A stretch of 64,000 nucleotides of DNA from Centroscyllium fabricii (Eukaryota), in assembly GCA_051313645.2 (NCBI GenBank), contig JBNRSN020000018.1, forward strand, positions 35,154,001 through 35,218,000. The letters run 5' to 3'. The notes beneath the pieces were generated by a model. It saw only the letters and a list, made by a program, of their open reading frames with translations, was not told the DNA's origin and did not search any database. The translations under genes were made by a program, and so were the position numbers. This document shows, piece by piece, positions 36,501 to 51,326 of the stretch (the first letter of the stretch is position 1; every line of letters begins with the position of its first letter).

Positions 36501-39500
36501 TGGTCATTATCTCAGTGCTGTTTGTGGGATCTGCAGTGTACAAATTGGCCACTGTGTTTCCAACATTACAACAGTGATTACATGTCGAAAGTACTTAATT
36601 CATTGCAAGGCTCTTTGGGATGTCCCGAGGTCATGAAAGGAGCTATATAAATGCAAGTTCTTTAACTTTATTGCCTGCTTTAAGCAGGTTGGCTCAGGTC
36701 ACTCAATAGGCATATATCAAAAATCCCCAATTAAAAATGGAGGTCATCTTGAACCTCCTGAAGCCAGAGACCATGATCCTCACGTCCTGGGTGACATTAA
36801 CAAGTGGAGGGATTGGTTTCAACAGCTTGTGTTTAGCACGGACACATCATTGCAAGCCAACTGGCAAACCCAGGATTGCACATCTGGTCCCCCCACCTCA
36901 AACCTTCAAGAGAAAAACCAAGCCCAGGCATACAAGTGTCAGCACAGGGTGGGGGGGGGGGGGGGGGGGGGTCAGAGAATGTCCTCCACTAGTTTTAGGT
37001 TCAGTGCAGATTTCCTGCTTTAGACAGCAGTATTCTCTTATTGCCACTAGATGGCACTAAAACACAAGAAATTAACCCAGGGCTGTGTGTGCAGAACTCT
37101 TATTTAAAACCAATTAGAAAAACATTATTTACAACATTCACAAAAGAAAATAAAACCCCCACATTACCGCGCTTGAGCCGCGGCAAACTCCCAAGCCCCA
37201 ATGCCCACAAGGTAGGGGTCAAAGTTTCAAGCCCTCCTGCCGATGAGGCAGGGGTCAAAGTCTCAAGTCCTTATGCCCACAAGGCAGGGGTAAAAGTCAC
37301 AAGCCCTCATGCCCACAAGGCAGGGGTCACGACCACAAGTCCTCATGGCCGCAGGCAGGGGTCCAACTTGCCGCACAAAGCATTTACCGCCCCGGCTCCG
37401 TAACACCCAGTGCCTGGGATCAGTACTTGCTTCCCCGGCTCGGTGACACCCAGTGCCTGGGATCAGCATTTACTGCCCAGGCTCCGTAACACCCAGTGCC
37501 TGGGATCAGTAGGGTCTGCAGCAGCAGGACAGTGTACCAGAAGGAGGAATTTCTGGTAGTCTAACAAGGAGGAACACATTTAAATAGAAATCAGAACAGT
37601 AATGTACAGTATGCAACAGAACAGGAGTTTAACTGGTGGTCACACTGGAGTTAAACACTTCAAACAATTCTGCCTTATCCACAGGGTTCAGCAGCCAAGA
37701 ATGGAGCAGGTCTGAGGTGATCACTGACTTCTAGTCGCAGTACTACATGATCTGTTCAGGGGGGATTTAAGATGCCCATCTGGAGTTGTCCTAAAGAGTG
37801 CAGTTTTCTCCAGGCAACTGGATGATGGAGGTGGCAAAATATGTAGAACCCCATCAAAAACAGCCATTGACTTTCCGCTCACCACCCCCTCCCCAAGGAG
37901 TGATGTCCTCATCAGTCAGCATCCCAGGCACTGGGAGTCATGGAGCAGGGGCAGTAAATGCTGAACCCCTTCCAGTACCCAACCAAGTGGTCAATCCTGT
38001 CTGAGCCGAGAGCCAGGGTGAGCCGATGTCCAACCATCACTGCCAAACTGGACCAGGTCCTCATTCCGTAGCAACAGCCAAGGTTCAAAAATATCAGGAG
38101 TAGCAAACTCCAGCTAATATTGCACCTCCCAAACCCGAGCTGACATCATCAGACCAGGGATTGTACCTGGAATTCTTTCTGGGTTTCTACAGCTCAGCCA
38201 CTCATCAACTTAACCAGCCGAGACAACAGGCTCCACATGAAGCTTTAATTAAAAGAGTAAATCCATACCACACTGAAATGACAGTCACTGCACTCAAAGG
38301 GACCAGATTCATTCTGTGTGGAGTTGGTGCAGCCTTGACAGATTAAGCTTCCATAGGCCTTGGAAAAGAGTGTTGGTGCAAACACGCCTACAGGAAAAGG
38401 AACAAACCAGCTACACGTCAAACTTAATAAGGAAGAGCTGATAGTTAGTTTAAAGAGGCACCTCTCGCCCACAGAAATTGCCCGGCAGCACCTCTGGCTG
38501 CCCCACCGAGTTCAGTGGAGTAAGAGGCTGTGGGCGCCTTCAGTGGGTTCAGAGGTCGAGCACCCGAAGGTTCACAAACTCAGCCCCACACCCCGGACCC
38601 ATCCCCAGCCACTGCGTGCAGCAGATTGAGAGAAACTTACTGAAACCAGGTGCACAAGCTGGCACGCTATTCTACTGTGATGGCATCACAACCAACTCCC
38701 AATCCCGTATTCGGCCAAGTCAGTGGTTAGCACTGTTGCCTCACAGCTCTGGAGACCCGGGTAAAAATCCAGCCTCGGGTGACTATCTGTGTGGAGTTTG
38801 CACATTCTCCCCGTGTCTGCGTGGGTTTCCTCCGGGTGCTCCGGTTTCCTCCCACAGTCCAAAGATGTGCGGGTTAGGTTGATTGGCCAGGATAAATTGA
38901 CCCTTAGCGTTAGGGGGATTAAATATGTGGGGTTACGGGGATAGGGTGGGATGTGTGTCGTTGCAGGCTCGATAGGGATCGAGGGATATGGGGACGGGGC
39001 AGGGACAGGGTGCTGGGTTTGGATGATCAGGCATGATCTCATTGAATGGCGGAGCAGGCTCGAAGGGCCGAATGGCCTACTCCTGCTCCTATCTTCTATG
39101 TTTCTAAGTCTACCTATACATACTCAACTGGTAACTTTTACTGGGTATGGGAACCCTGGCCAATTTCCTCCTCCCCCCATCGATCCCATTTTGATAGGGA
39201 GGGTAGATACAGAAAAGAAATTCCTCTGGTGCAGGAACAGTCTTAAAATTAGAGCTCCCAAAATTCAGGAGTGAAATCAGGAAGCACTTTTCCCCCACCA
39301 CACACAAAGGGGAATGGAAATCTGGAACCCTCCCCTGAAAGGCTTGGGATCAATTGAAACTTTAAGACCGAGATAGACAGACTTTGATGGGTAAGGTCAT
39401 CGAGATATGGAACAAAGGCAGGTAAATGGGGTTGAGGTACAGATCAGCCGTGATCAGATTGATTGGCGAACAGGCTCGAGGGGCTGAATGGCCTCCTGTT

Positions 39501-42500
39501 CCTCTGCTCTTGGGGGCACAGAGGCCCACTTACAATTGGCTTCAGGATTGAGCTTTAAATGGCCACGTTATTCTACTCAAATGAAGAGTGCTGCTCCCAC
39601 CCAGACCACTGCATCACATCAATGACATTGTGTGAACTCAAAGATAAATCCATATTTAGCACCGAGCTAGCAAGGCTCTTGTTTGGGGGGGGGGGGGGTC
39701 TATCCATGGCATTTTTGAGAGTGTGTTGGTCAACAATCAATTCAGATGTTAAAAGTCAGTCAGTATGTGACATCTGCCTCGCCACCTACCTCCCACGGAT
39801 ATGAAGAGCAGCGCTGAACTGATGCCAGCTGACCTACTGTTGAACCTCTGCTCCTGGTGCTTACATCCTCCGATCACCATGGATATACCCTGGTGGACAA
39901 ACAGCTCGTCAGTCTCTGGTCTTAAGCAAAAAAAAAAGTACCACAAAAAGCACAGGATTTACAAAACTGCCATTTGCAGAATTCTTATTTAAATAGTGTA
40001 TAAAGTTTCTTCACTGTTTAGCAGGGAATCATCCAACGGTCCATGCTTCCCCCCCACCCCCCCACCACTTTGCCACATAAGGGGATTTGAGTACAGGAGT
40101 AGGGAGGTGTTGCTACAGTTGTACAGGGCCTTGGTGAGGCCACACTTGGAGTATTGTGTGCAGTTTTGGTCTCCTAACTTGAGGAAGGACATTCTTGCTA
40201 TTGAGGGAGTGCAGCGAAGGTTTACTAGATTGATTCCCAGGATGGCCGGACTGACATATCAAGAAAGACTGGATCAACTGAACTTGTACTCTCGAGTTCA
40301 GAAGAATGAGGGGGGATCTCAGAAATGTTTAAAATACTGATCGGTTTAGACAGGTTAGATGCGGGCAGAATGTTCCCAATGTTGGGGAAGTCCAGAACCA
40401 GGGGGCACAGACTAAGGATAAGGGGTAAGCCATTTAGGACCGAGATGAGGAGAAACCTCTTCACCCAGAGGGTGGTGAACCTGTGGAATTCTCTACCACA
40501 GAAAGTTGTTGAGGCCAATTTACTAAATATATTCAAAAGGGAGTTAGATGTAATACTTACAACTAGAGGATCAAGGGATATGGCGAGAAAGTAGGAATGG
40601 TGTACTGATGTAGCATGTTCAGCCATGAACGCATTAAATGGCGGTGCAGGCTCGAAGGGCCAAATGGCCTACTCCTGCACCTATTTTCTATGATTCTATA
40701 ACCCAACTTCTTTCGTTTGCTTCAGTATCCCGTTGTCAGATCACCAGCTCGGTTGAGGAAAGCCATGCTAGCGTTTCGTCGTCTAGAGCAGCTATGCCGG
40801 CTTCGCCGTTGGGTGGTCGATGTTTTAGACATGACTCGATAATGTGATCGACTGTCTGTTCAGGGTGACCACAGTCGCAGACAGCCGAGTCCCTGAGTCC
40901 CCATCCTTTCATGGTCGCGGCGAAACGGCCGACACCAGTCCTGAGGCGGTTGAGCATTGTCCACTGCCGGCGAGGGAGGTCCATGCCCAGTAGTTCATCC
41001 GGCTCCTCCACAAATCTGTGCAGCCTTGATTGATCTGCTGCCTGCCATTCCTTCGTCCAGCGGCGTTTGAGCCAGGTTCGTTTTGTGACATCACCGGATG
41101 TTGAATGCAGGAGCTGGTGGGCGTGCTCCGCGAATGGTCGTCGTGACTTCAGGCGAGCTCGTGGAGGGATCTCTGTGACGAACTTGTGGAGAAGGTGGTC
41201 CTCATCGTTGGTGGCTTTTCGGGACAGTGCAAGGACAGCTGCTTCACGGCGCAGGGTTGGTGGTGCGATGCCGGCGAGTATCGGTAGTTGGTTGACCGGC
41301 GTGGCGCGCAGGCAGCCAGAGACTGTGCGTAAGGCGGTGTTGAGCGTTGTGTCCAGCTTCTTGGTGTGGGAGCTCCTGCACCAGACTGGGGAGCAGTACT
41401 CGGCGGCGGAGAAGACCAATGCCTGGGTGGAGATGCGTAGTGTCTTGGTCGAGGCACCCCAGGTGGTACCAGCTAGGCGGCGTATTAGGGCGACGCGGGC
41501 CGATGTCTTGGCGGACAAGTTTTCCAGGTGTTGGCGAAACGTCAGCGTGCGGTCAAGCTTGACCCCGAGGTACGTCGGGGCAGCCTGGAACTGGAGTCTG
41601 TTGTTGTCAACCATGATGTTGAGCTCGTGGCTTGCCTCTCGGTTGTTTAGATGGTATGCGGAAGACATGGTCTTGGCCACGGAGAGCTTAAGGCGCCAGT
41701 TTGTCAGGTAGCTTGACAGGATGTTCATATCAGCCGTAAGCCCCAGTTCGATCGTCTCCCAGCTCTTGTTGGACGGAAGAATGGCGAGGTCGTCAGCATA
41801 TCCATATTTCTTGGACAGCGTGTCTGGGAGGTCGTGGATGTAGATGTTAAACAACATCGGGGCGAGTACGGAGCCTTGTGGGACGCCATTTTTGAGTCGT
41901 CGGAGCCTGCTATGTTGGCCGTTGCTGGTGTGAAGGGTGAAGCTGCGGTTGGTTAGCATCTCCATGATGAAGCCCACCATGTGTCGGTCCGGGATCGTCT
42001 GTAGGAGCTTGAGGTGGAGTCCACGGAGCCAGACGGTATCGTACGCTGCTGTGAGATCAAGGAAAACGACGCCCGCCTTCTCACCTCGTTGGAAGGAGTC
42101 CTCGATGTCTTGGGTGAGGAGGGTTACCTGGTCCACGGTGGACTTCCCGTGGCGGAAGCCTGCTTGCTCTTTCGGCAGTATTGGGTCGATCACCGGGTCG
42201 AGGCGCGCATGGAGGAGACGTTCCATGATCTTGTATGGCACGCAGAGAAGGGCGATGGGGCGGTATCCCTTTGGGTCATCCAGCGACTTGTTGGGCTTCG
42301 GGAGAGCGATGACCTTAGCTCGTCGCCATATCTTCGGGAGCTTGGACGTGCGGAAGCAGAGGGAGCAGAAAGATCGAAGCCACTCTATGGCCTTGCTACC
42401 CTGGTGCAGGATGAACTCGGGGTGGATGTTGTCAATCCCAGCTGCTTTGTGTGGCTATAACCCAACAATGTACTTGAACTCGACAGAACACAAGTCACGG

Positions 42501-45500
42501 TCAAACAAACAGCCAAGGCCATTTGCCGAGCCAAACTTCAGTGGGGCAGTCATGGCTCAGTGAGTAGCACTCTCACCTCAGAGTTGCAGGTTCAAGTCCC
42601 ACTCCAGAGACTGAGCCCAGAATCCAGGCCAGCACTCCAGTGCAGTACTGAGGAAGTGCTGCACTCCAAGGTGCAGTCTTTTGGATGAAATGTTAAACAG
42701 AGGTCCTGTCTGCCCTCCCAAGTAGGCGTAAAGGATCGTTTGACTATTTCAACGACAATCAGGGAAGTTCTTCCAGTGTCCGGGTCAATATTTATCCCTC
42801 AAACCAATATGTTACAAAGATTCTGGTCACAGGACAATCCAGGGAACCTTGTTGCTGCTTAGTGTACAGCTTCAGAAAGGCACATTGTATTGTATTGGCT
42901 AGACTTGCAGCAAAAGTAACTAAGGTAGCATCACAAGACCTTCAATTTGGAGCTGGGTAAGATATGGTTAGCAACAGAACCAGAGGCAATAGGGAAGGGA
43001 AGATCGATCAAATATTCTACAGCACCCAATGGACTGTGGGCTGTTCTTTTTGGAGAGGGGGAAAAGAGGAAGAGGGGGGAAGAGATTTGGGTACAAAGTA
43101 ACATTCTTGCAGATTTAACATTGCTAGTTCAGCTGTGAGGATGGATGAATATTCTGCTTTTTGCTCCATCACCTTTGGGGGTGGGGGGAGAATGAGGAAG
43201 TATTTATACAGAACTTTCCTTCAGGAGATTTAGCTTGTCCATGGTTTGTGGGAAGGGGATTGGGCTCAGTGGTCACCCTGTGACCAGGAGGTTTCAAATC
43301 CTGCAGAGAGTGAGGTTTCCTAGCTTGCTTGGTTAAGAGGAGAAGGTTGCTAAAATGACAACTCACAGGGATAAAGAGGACACACCCCAGCAGGGTTCCA
43401 GTCAGAGCACTTTTCACCACCTCTTCGTAGCACTTGTTTCCCTTATGGCTGCCTTTGATCAGAGCAGTTATGTAGAAGGTCAACTCGGTGATTGAACCGA
43501 AGGTAGCGTTCACTACTGCACCTACTGCAAAGTTACTCTGAGCTGAAATACTGAAGACAGAAGAGAAGATTTCAACCCACGCACATATTAGGGGAACTTT
43601 GAACAGCAACGCTTCCTCAACTCTACCGACCAACTCCAGTACACGAAGGAGGTATGGTTACTTAATAAAAATCACAAAAATAAACCTTAGCAACACAACC
43701 ACTCAGTACTTGGCTGAAATAAAGCCTGGGGGTGCCTCCCAGGGTACAAACAAGTCTCTCAAGAGTTCAACTTCCACCAAAATTATGTCAGTAGGCCTGG
43801 ATCTTTACAAAAGACTTCATTACTCAAGGAGGCCTAAAGCCACAGCACTTCGATCACAATAACACTTCCCAAAACACTACTCGGCTTGGGAGCTGCTGAA
43901 TGAGGTGATTAGCTGCACCTAGTCTCTGCTCCAACCACCAGCAGGATTACAAAAGGACTGGGGCCACAAACTGACTCGTCCTCGTTATGCCCCTGGTTCA
44001 AGATCCCACCAGGACACGGACCCAAGTGGACAGACAGACCAGACCTACCCACTCCCTTCAGTGGAAACAGCCTGGACACAAGTTAGACAATTGCACACTA
44101 GCAGAATACACTGCAGGTAATGCTCCTTCTCAAAAGAAAAGTGTCCTGACTTACCATCACCAGCATCAACTAGTTTGAGGGATTAAAATGGCCAATTAAA
44201 AAAAATTCTTGATGTGGGCATCGCTGGCATTTATTGCCCATGCCTAGTCACCCTCAAGTAGGTGGTGGTGCACTGCCATCCTGAATTGCAACATGCCCCC
44301 AGCAAGAAATCAACTTTCAAGAGAAGAGACAAGAGCTCCCCTGGATTTTTCTACCCTTCACTTTCAGTCACGTTATATGCATTCTAGAACGCACAATGTT
44401 CTCCAGAAATCAGTACCCTGCACCATGTTTATAAACAGCAAACTTTACTAAAGCTGCAAAAGTAACTTGCCCACTAGAACCAGCACCAACCCTTCCTAGG
44501 ACTGGGTGAAGACAACAGGAGTCGGCCAAATGGCCCCTCGCGCCTGCTCCGCCATTCAATAAGACCATGGCTGATAATCTACATCAACTCCACTTTCCCG
44601 CCCTACCCCTCGATTCCCCAAGGGTGGCAGGAAGCTAGATGCTGTCCTTTCGCCGGTGAATCCAGCCCAGACGCCAGGGGCTATTGGCAATTGTTGGTCA
44701 TGTTATGAAGCAAGGGTTTAAGGAGCATTCCATTCCATACTCTGGAATTCAACACTCAGTTCACAACCACCTGGAAACTGTCCCCCGCCTCCCACACAAG
44801 CAAAGTCTATTCAGCCCAACCCAATTGTGCAGAGTTCTGGTCTCCAGATTAGGATATAGGAAGCACTGGAGAAGAAAAACAAAAAGATTTACAAGAATGA
44901 CAGCAGAACAGAGAGGTTATACCCATCGAGAGAGAGGCTGGGGCTCGTTAGAAAAAATAAAAGGTTGAGTAGTGACCCGGTAGAGGCCTTAAATTATGAA
45001 AGTTTGATTGGGTAGATGTAGAGAAAATGCTGGGGGGGCAGGGTCATAAATCCAATAGGGAATTCCGGAGAAATTTCTTTACCCATGGAGTGGCAAGAAT
45101 GTGGAACTGGCTACCACAAGGAGTAGTTGAGGCGAATAGTATAGATGTATTTCAGGAAGCGAGATGAACACACGAGGGAGAAAGCAATAGGTGGTTCTGC
45201 TGATGGGGTTCAATGAAATAGGATGGGAAGCGGTTCGTCTGGAGCATAAACAGCAGCACGGACCAGCTGGGCGAAAGGGCCCGTTTCTGTGCCGTCAATT
45301 CTATGCAACCTCTAGTACTCCAACTCTCCCACTGTAGCTTCCAGCCTCAACGCCCCCAATTTTTAAAATTTTCCCCACTACTCCAACTAGATGATGTTTC
45401 CCCAACACTTAGAATATATACTCGCTACACTTGAAGCTCTCCTGAACCACCTGCTACTCGGAGTTTTACCTTCTCCAATCTTTCCTCGTGGTTCATTGCA

Positions 45501-48500
45501 ATCAGTCTAAGGTTTCACAACACTTCAGTAAGGTAGTGCACGCAGGGCAGGGGTGGCTTAAACTTTGCCAGTGGGCTGCGAGTGTCTCAGGGGTAACATT
45601 AGGGCAGACTTCATTATATTCGGGCATAAAGAGCCACCTGGGCTACACAGGAGAAGCCAGGCAGTTTCCTAGATCACATGCCCACCTGACTATCCATGCA
45701 TTCACTCAAGTGGATGAAAAACAGTGGGCAAGCTCCGACACACAACTAGGGGGCACTTCTGCAGACTGAACTCGAGTAAGGCATGAATAGACCACCACAA
45801 TAGTGCACAAGTCACAAAGTATAATTCAGCCCCAAGTCAGTTTGCGGTCTTCTGCAGATGCTGAAAACAGAAACCAAATGAGTTTTGTAAATAGATGAGA
45901 ATGTCAATCAGCAGGAAACCATTTGCACCACATGACAGGACAGAAACAAACCACAGGCATGATATCTTTAGACCAATATCAAGGCTTCAAGCAATTCCCC
46001 CCAACCACTGAAAGTAAACTGCAAGCAGCATTTAAGAGTCAAAAGGAATTCCATTTTACACCCTTGGGGATATTTCTAAATGGATATATTTGTGGAGAGG
46101 AGAGAGGCAGTTTTGCTTTGACTGGATAGAACAGCACGATGATAAGAGGAAGTGATGGTTGAAAGCATTCTCTAGGGGAAAACTAGTCTCACCGGCAGCA
46201 CATGGAGAGAAAAAAAAAGTATCTGTTTATCTGAAGGACGAGGCAGTCGCAAACATGCACTAGTAGCGATGGCACGCTGCTAAGGGGGGGGGGGTCGAGT
46301 TCTCAGCTCCAAACTGGAGCAGTACACCACTCTGCAGAGTTCCCATTGCAGTCGCAAAATAGCAAATCACTCCCTTCGAGGCTACTTTCATGTGCCCTCC
46401 CCCTTTTAGGAGAGCAACAGTGGGGAGGCTAAGGAAGGTTAATTAGCCTTTCAGAACCTTGAGAATTGGGGGGGGAAGGGAGGAACATGAGTAGCGAGAC
46501 TTTGTAACTTATCCTTAGCACAAGTGCCATCTGTATGGTGGATTTTCCAGACTCCTCCTCCTTCCCTCCCTAGGAACTCCCAGTTCGCCAGGTGGGAAGA
46601 GTCAGGTAAAGGGGTGGAGACCTGATCACCAGCCTGCAACCCATTCATGCTGTCCTGAGGTTTCTTAGTTTTTTTTGCAGGGGGGGGGGGGGGGGGGGGC
46701 ACGGTCTACATCTGCATTGGTGACGGGCTGAAGACTGACTAAAGGAAGTAGGCGAGGGCATTCCCAGCTCCTCTCCAATGCCACAAGCACCCAAGGGAAC
46801 ATAACTGACATACCACCAAGATCCCTGTGCACCAGAGATTGCAGGGGACGGAGAAGGAAGAATAGTTGATTCACAAGGTCAGGCTGAATACTTTATGCAA
46901 GGACGATGAATTAAAACTGCCCAACTAGGACCTGCAACTGAAGTCACAAAGTCCTATCTCCCAGGCCCAACACAGCTGGTGTTCAGCAAAGCTTCATTTT
47001 CATGCCCATTCTGCTAGTACTAGCCCCATCAGAGGGCAGGGGTATGCTCGGCCATACAAGGCACCTGGAGCAGGAAATCCCAGCGATCTTGGGGCTGGAC
47101 AGGACATTTTCACCCCACCCGGGAAGGAAGCATTGCTTTTTGGGGTTGGGGCAGTGTAGGGGTTTCGCAAAATCCCTCAGCCCCGAAGATCAGGAAATAT
47201 TAATCCGCATCGTGGACGAAGGCTCTGCGTGGTTTAAATTGCCTCTGGGTTGGACAATGTTTTAAACATATCCAGAATCGAGGGATGCCACTGCGTTGAG
47301 TTGGGCGGTACGCGGGCAACACTGGATTCGAAGAACATTGTGAAAAAATATTTGCATGCTTTAAGACAGCACATTTTATTAAAAAGGAAAATGTGCTCTG
47401 GAAGTTTGAACTGTGTGAATTGCCCAGAGCATAAAGTTAGCATCTGAAGGGATCGGAGCTGGCAAGCAGGTGGGTCAAATACCTACAGCTGCTTGGTTTA
47501 CAGAAATTGCTGCACAAAAAGGAGATAATCACTTCAGATGGCAGCTTCAGCTTCACAATGGGTTTCTGTTTAGTGTTTACAACCCCATTCAAAAATGCAG
47601 ACACAGGCAAAACCCCCTGCAGTTTGATTGACAGCCAGCAGAGGAAATGGCAACATTACTCAAAACTCCTCCCAGACAAGGGGATGGTTTTGGATCCTTT
47701 GTTTTAGCCCATTAGACTCCGGATCTGGGCAGGAACATTTTCCGCCTCAAATTTGAGGTATAAGAGACGGCTTCCCAGGAGTCTCTCTCTCTCCCACCTG
47801 CCTTCGTCGCCTCTACAGTTCGTTTGAGTCTGTCGGATCGGAGTAAGCACCAGCTGTGTTACTTTTAAACACTGGGGTGCTTCCCACTTCTGGGCAGTGA
47901 AGATCTAAGGTCGCTGGGCACGAGGCAGAATTGCAGCGAGGTGAGCAAATATCTTTCTGACCTTCCACAGGCAATTTAGGACAGGCATAGGGGTGGGGGG
48001 TAAAGTGGATTTCGTTAGAGTTATCATTTTAGTCGTTTTCCCTCATGCCCGTTCTTTTTGCCTCCCTGTTAAGCAATTTTACCGTGATTACATTGATCGT
48101 GTGGTGAAGCTTGTTTAGTTAATAAAGTTTGATTTTTCCAACATTCAAACCATTTGTCCGTTTATATTAATAATTAGAAGTCCCTCCAGTCAGGATTGGA
48201 AGGGGAGGTGTAGCGATTCGAAACCGCAAACTGGTAGTGGTCACAGTGCAGCGACTGGACCAGGTAAATGACTGTAAACCAGGTAAAAGATGCCCCCCTG
48301 CAGCAGGGTGGCAGATGGACAGCTTGCAACAGCAACTGGATGGGTGGTGATTAATTTGAATGCATGAAAAACTAGTTAGAAATAAAATTCCAAAAATCAA
48401 AGCCAGCTTGGGTTCTGCATTTTTTTTTTTTTTAGTCTGGGTTTATGAATTATAAACTGGACTCAAAACTATTTACAGCAGCTCAAATGTTATTTAAGAT

Positions 48501-51260
48501 GTTCTTTGCAGTTTTTAATTTGCACTATGGGTAGAGGTTTTTAAATTCAATATTCTTACCACCTTGTCCCCTTCCCTTCCTGATCCACACCACCACCCTC
48601 CCTGCCCCCTTCCCACAGGTACTGGCAGCCCTCTGGTAACTAGCCCAAGGCCCCATTCATGTCAGAGACTCAGCTGTACCCATCAGCCAGAATGTATCTC
48701 AGCCAAGTCATGACTGGCCCTCATCCAACATCCACGCTCATTTTTCTGCAGGGATAACTGGGCAGTGATCAGGAATTGCCAGTTGGAAAAGCCCCAGGAA
48801 GCCCACGCTGACACTTGCTGGATGAGTTCAACTGAAAGACCCGGTTCTCAAACCCATTAGAAGTCCAGTTGGTTCAGGCCTGAAGACTCATTTCCAAAGA
48901 TGCCTGGCAACCAATCCTGGTGCAAAAATCCATGACCGTTCTTATAAGTTTCCTTCAAAACTTAGAATGTGGAACTTGCTACCACAAGGAGTAGTTGAAG
49001 CAGAAAGCATAATGCATTTAAGGGGAAGCTAGATCGGTACATAGGGAGAAAGTAATAAAAGAGAGAGATATGCTGATAGGCTTAGATGAAGTAGGGTGAG
49101 GAGAGAGAGACACACACACACACCAGAATAGACAGGTTCAGCCAAATGGCCTGTTTCTGTGCTGTAAATTCTATTTTTAAAACAAAGTTCCACTTACCTG
49201 GCGATTGCCATCCCAATGTAGTAGGACAGGGGAATTATGGCCATGATGGAGAGTGCGAATTTCACAGGCGAGCTGGCATAGTGATTCTCTGTATCTGCGT
49301 AACCCAGTACCAGAGCAACTATTACTAGAGGCAGCAGATCTGAAGATTCAGTTAAAGAAATAACTCCCATGGAAAAGAAAACCGAGTCAGCAAGAGGCAT
49401 AATCAGTCATAGCAGGATGCTGAATCTGTCCATGAGAGGCACCACAGGTGTTAAGTGAACACTGACCACATTCTGCCCTTTCCCTCCCCCCCACCCCCAC
49501 CGACACCCATCTTGCCTTCCCACCAGACATGAGCTGCAAGGCCTGGCCCATGTATTGCATCATTAGTTGGAGAAAGAAGAGTAAAAATATCTTTCGGAGT
49601 TCAAGAGTTCAGCTGGGCGAGGGGGATCTTCCAAATCGATTTGCTTTTGACTGGGAAACAATAAGTTAGCCAGAGACGGCTAATCGTATTTCTGATTAGC
49701 AAAAGTAAGTCATAGACAAGCCATTGGGCATGTGACCCCCCCCCACCCAATAGCCATCACACTGTGTGCATGTGAATTTTAACCATTTCGTGCATTTGTT
49801 GATCAAATTAAAAGACCAAAAGCTGTGCAAGAGTTTTTTGATCGTTGACTTTTGTCTCCAAGATTCATTCAGCTGCCTCTGCCACTTCCCTTCCTTCCCC
49901 TAGCCCACTGGGCCAAACATCCTTCAAGGTTCCCCCTGCCCCAGCCCGGAGCTCACATCTTTCTCAGTTTCTCTCCGATCTCATGACCTCTCTGCATTCA
50001 TCATGTCCACGAGACCCACCACCTGCTCCCTTGACCCTATTCCCACCAAACGGACCCCCGAAGCTTCCTTCCCTGACTCCCAGGTTAGTGGATATTGTCA
50101 ACGGTTCTCTCCCCCTCCCCCTCAAATCTGCAGTCATCAACCCTCTGCTCAAAAAACCAACCCTGGATCCCTCCATCCTTGCAAACTAACACCCCATCTC
50201 CAACCTCTCCTCTCCAAAGTCCTTGACTGTGTTGTCGCCTCTCAAATCCATGCCCATCTTTCCCGTAATTCCATGTTAGAATCCCTCCAATCAGGTTTCC
50301 GCCCTTGCCGCAGTACCGAAACGGCACTTGTCAAAGTCACAAATGACATCCTTTATGAATGTGACAAAGGTAAACTACCCCTCCTTGACTTGTCTGCAAC
50401 CTTTGACACGGTTGATCACTTCATCCTCCAACACCTCTTCACCGTCATCCAACTGTGAATGCACTCGCCTGGTTCCATTCTCATCTATCTAATCGTAGCC
50501 AGAGAATCACCTGCAATTCCCGTTCCTGCATGGTTACCTCTGGTGTCCCCCAAGAATCTACCTTGGCCCCACTGCGGTTTCTCATCTACATGTTGCCCCT
50601 TGACAACATCATCTGAAAACACAGCGTCAGTTTCCACATGTACGCCGATGACACACAGCTCTACTTCACCACCACGTCTCTCGACCCCTCCACAGTGTCT
50701 AAATTATCAGACTGCTTTCCAGAATGTGTTCTGGATGAGAAAATTTTCTCCAATTAAATATTGGGCAGCGTGAAGCCATTATCAGTCCCCACCACAAACT
50801 CCGTTCCCTAAGCCACTGACCCCATCCCTCTTCCCATCATCTGTCGGAGGCTGAACCTTGGGTGTCAGATTTGACCCTGAAATGCACTTCCGACCACATG
50901 CCCGCCGCATAACAAAGACTATCTACTTCCACCTCCAGAACATCTCCCGTCTCCGCCTATGCCTCAGCTCATCCACTGCTTAAACCCTCGTCCATGCTTT
51001 AGTTACCTTTAGACTTGACTATTCCACCCTATGTAAACATGGTCATCCAAAACTCGGCTGCCCGTGTCCTAACTCACACCAAGTTCTGTTCACCCATCTC
51101 CCCTGTGCTTGCTGACCTACATTGGCTCCCGGTTAAGCAGCACCTTAATTTCAAAATTCTCATCCTTATTTTCAAATTGGATCTCCTTCAGCCCACAACA
51201 CTCCAAAGATAGCTGCGCTCCTCTTAAGTCTGCCTCTTGAACATCCCTCCCGGATTATTT

Positions 51261-51326
<66 letters not shown>

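Noticed and set aside
37041-37403. 120-aa ORF with 12-aa repeats (AHKAGVKVSSP)
   Set aside because: Product of a 36-bp minisatellite; non-ATG start, antisense to CAX, no supporting gene structure.
41067-42563. Long + strand ORFs (214, 208, 148 aa)
   Set aside because: Antisense shadows of the GC-rich Vingi-like ORF; no independent motifs.
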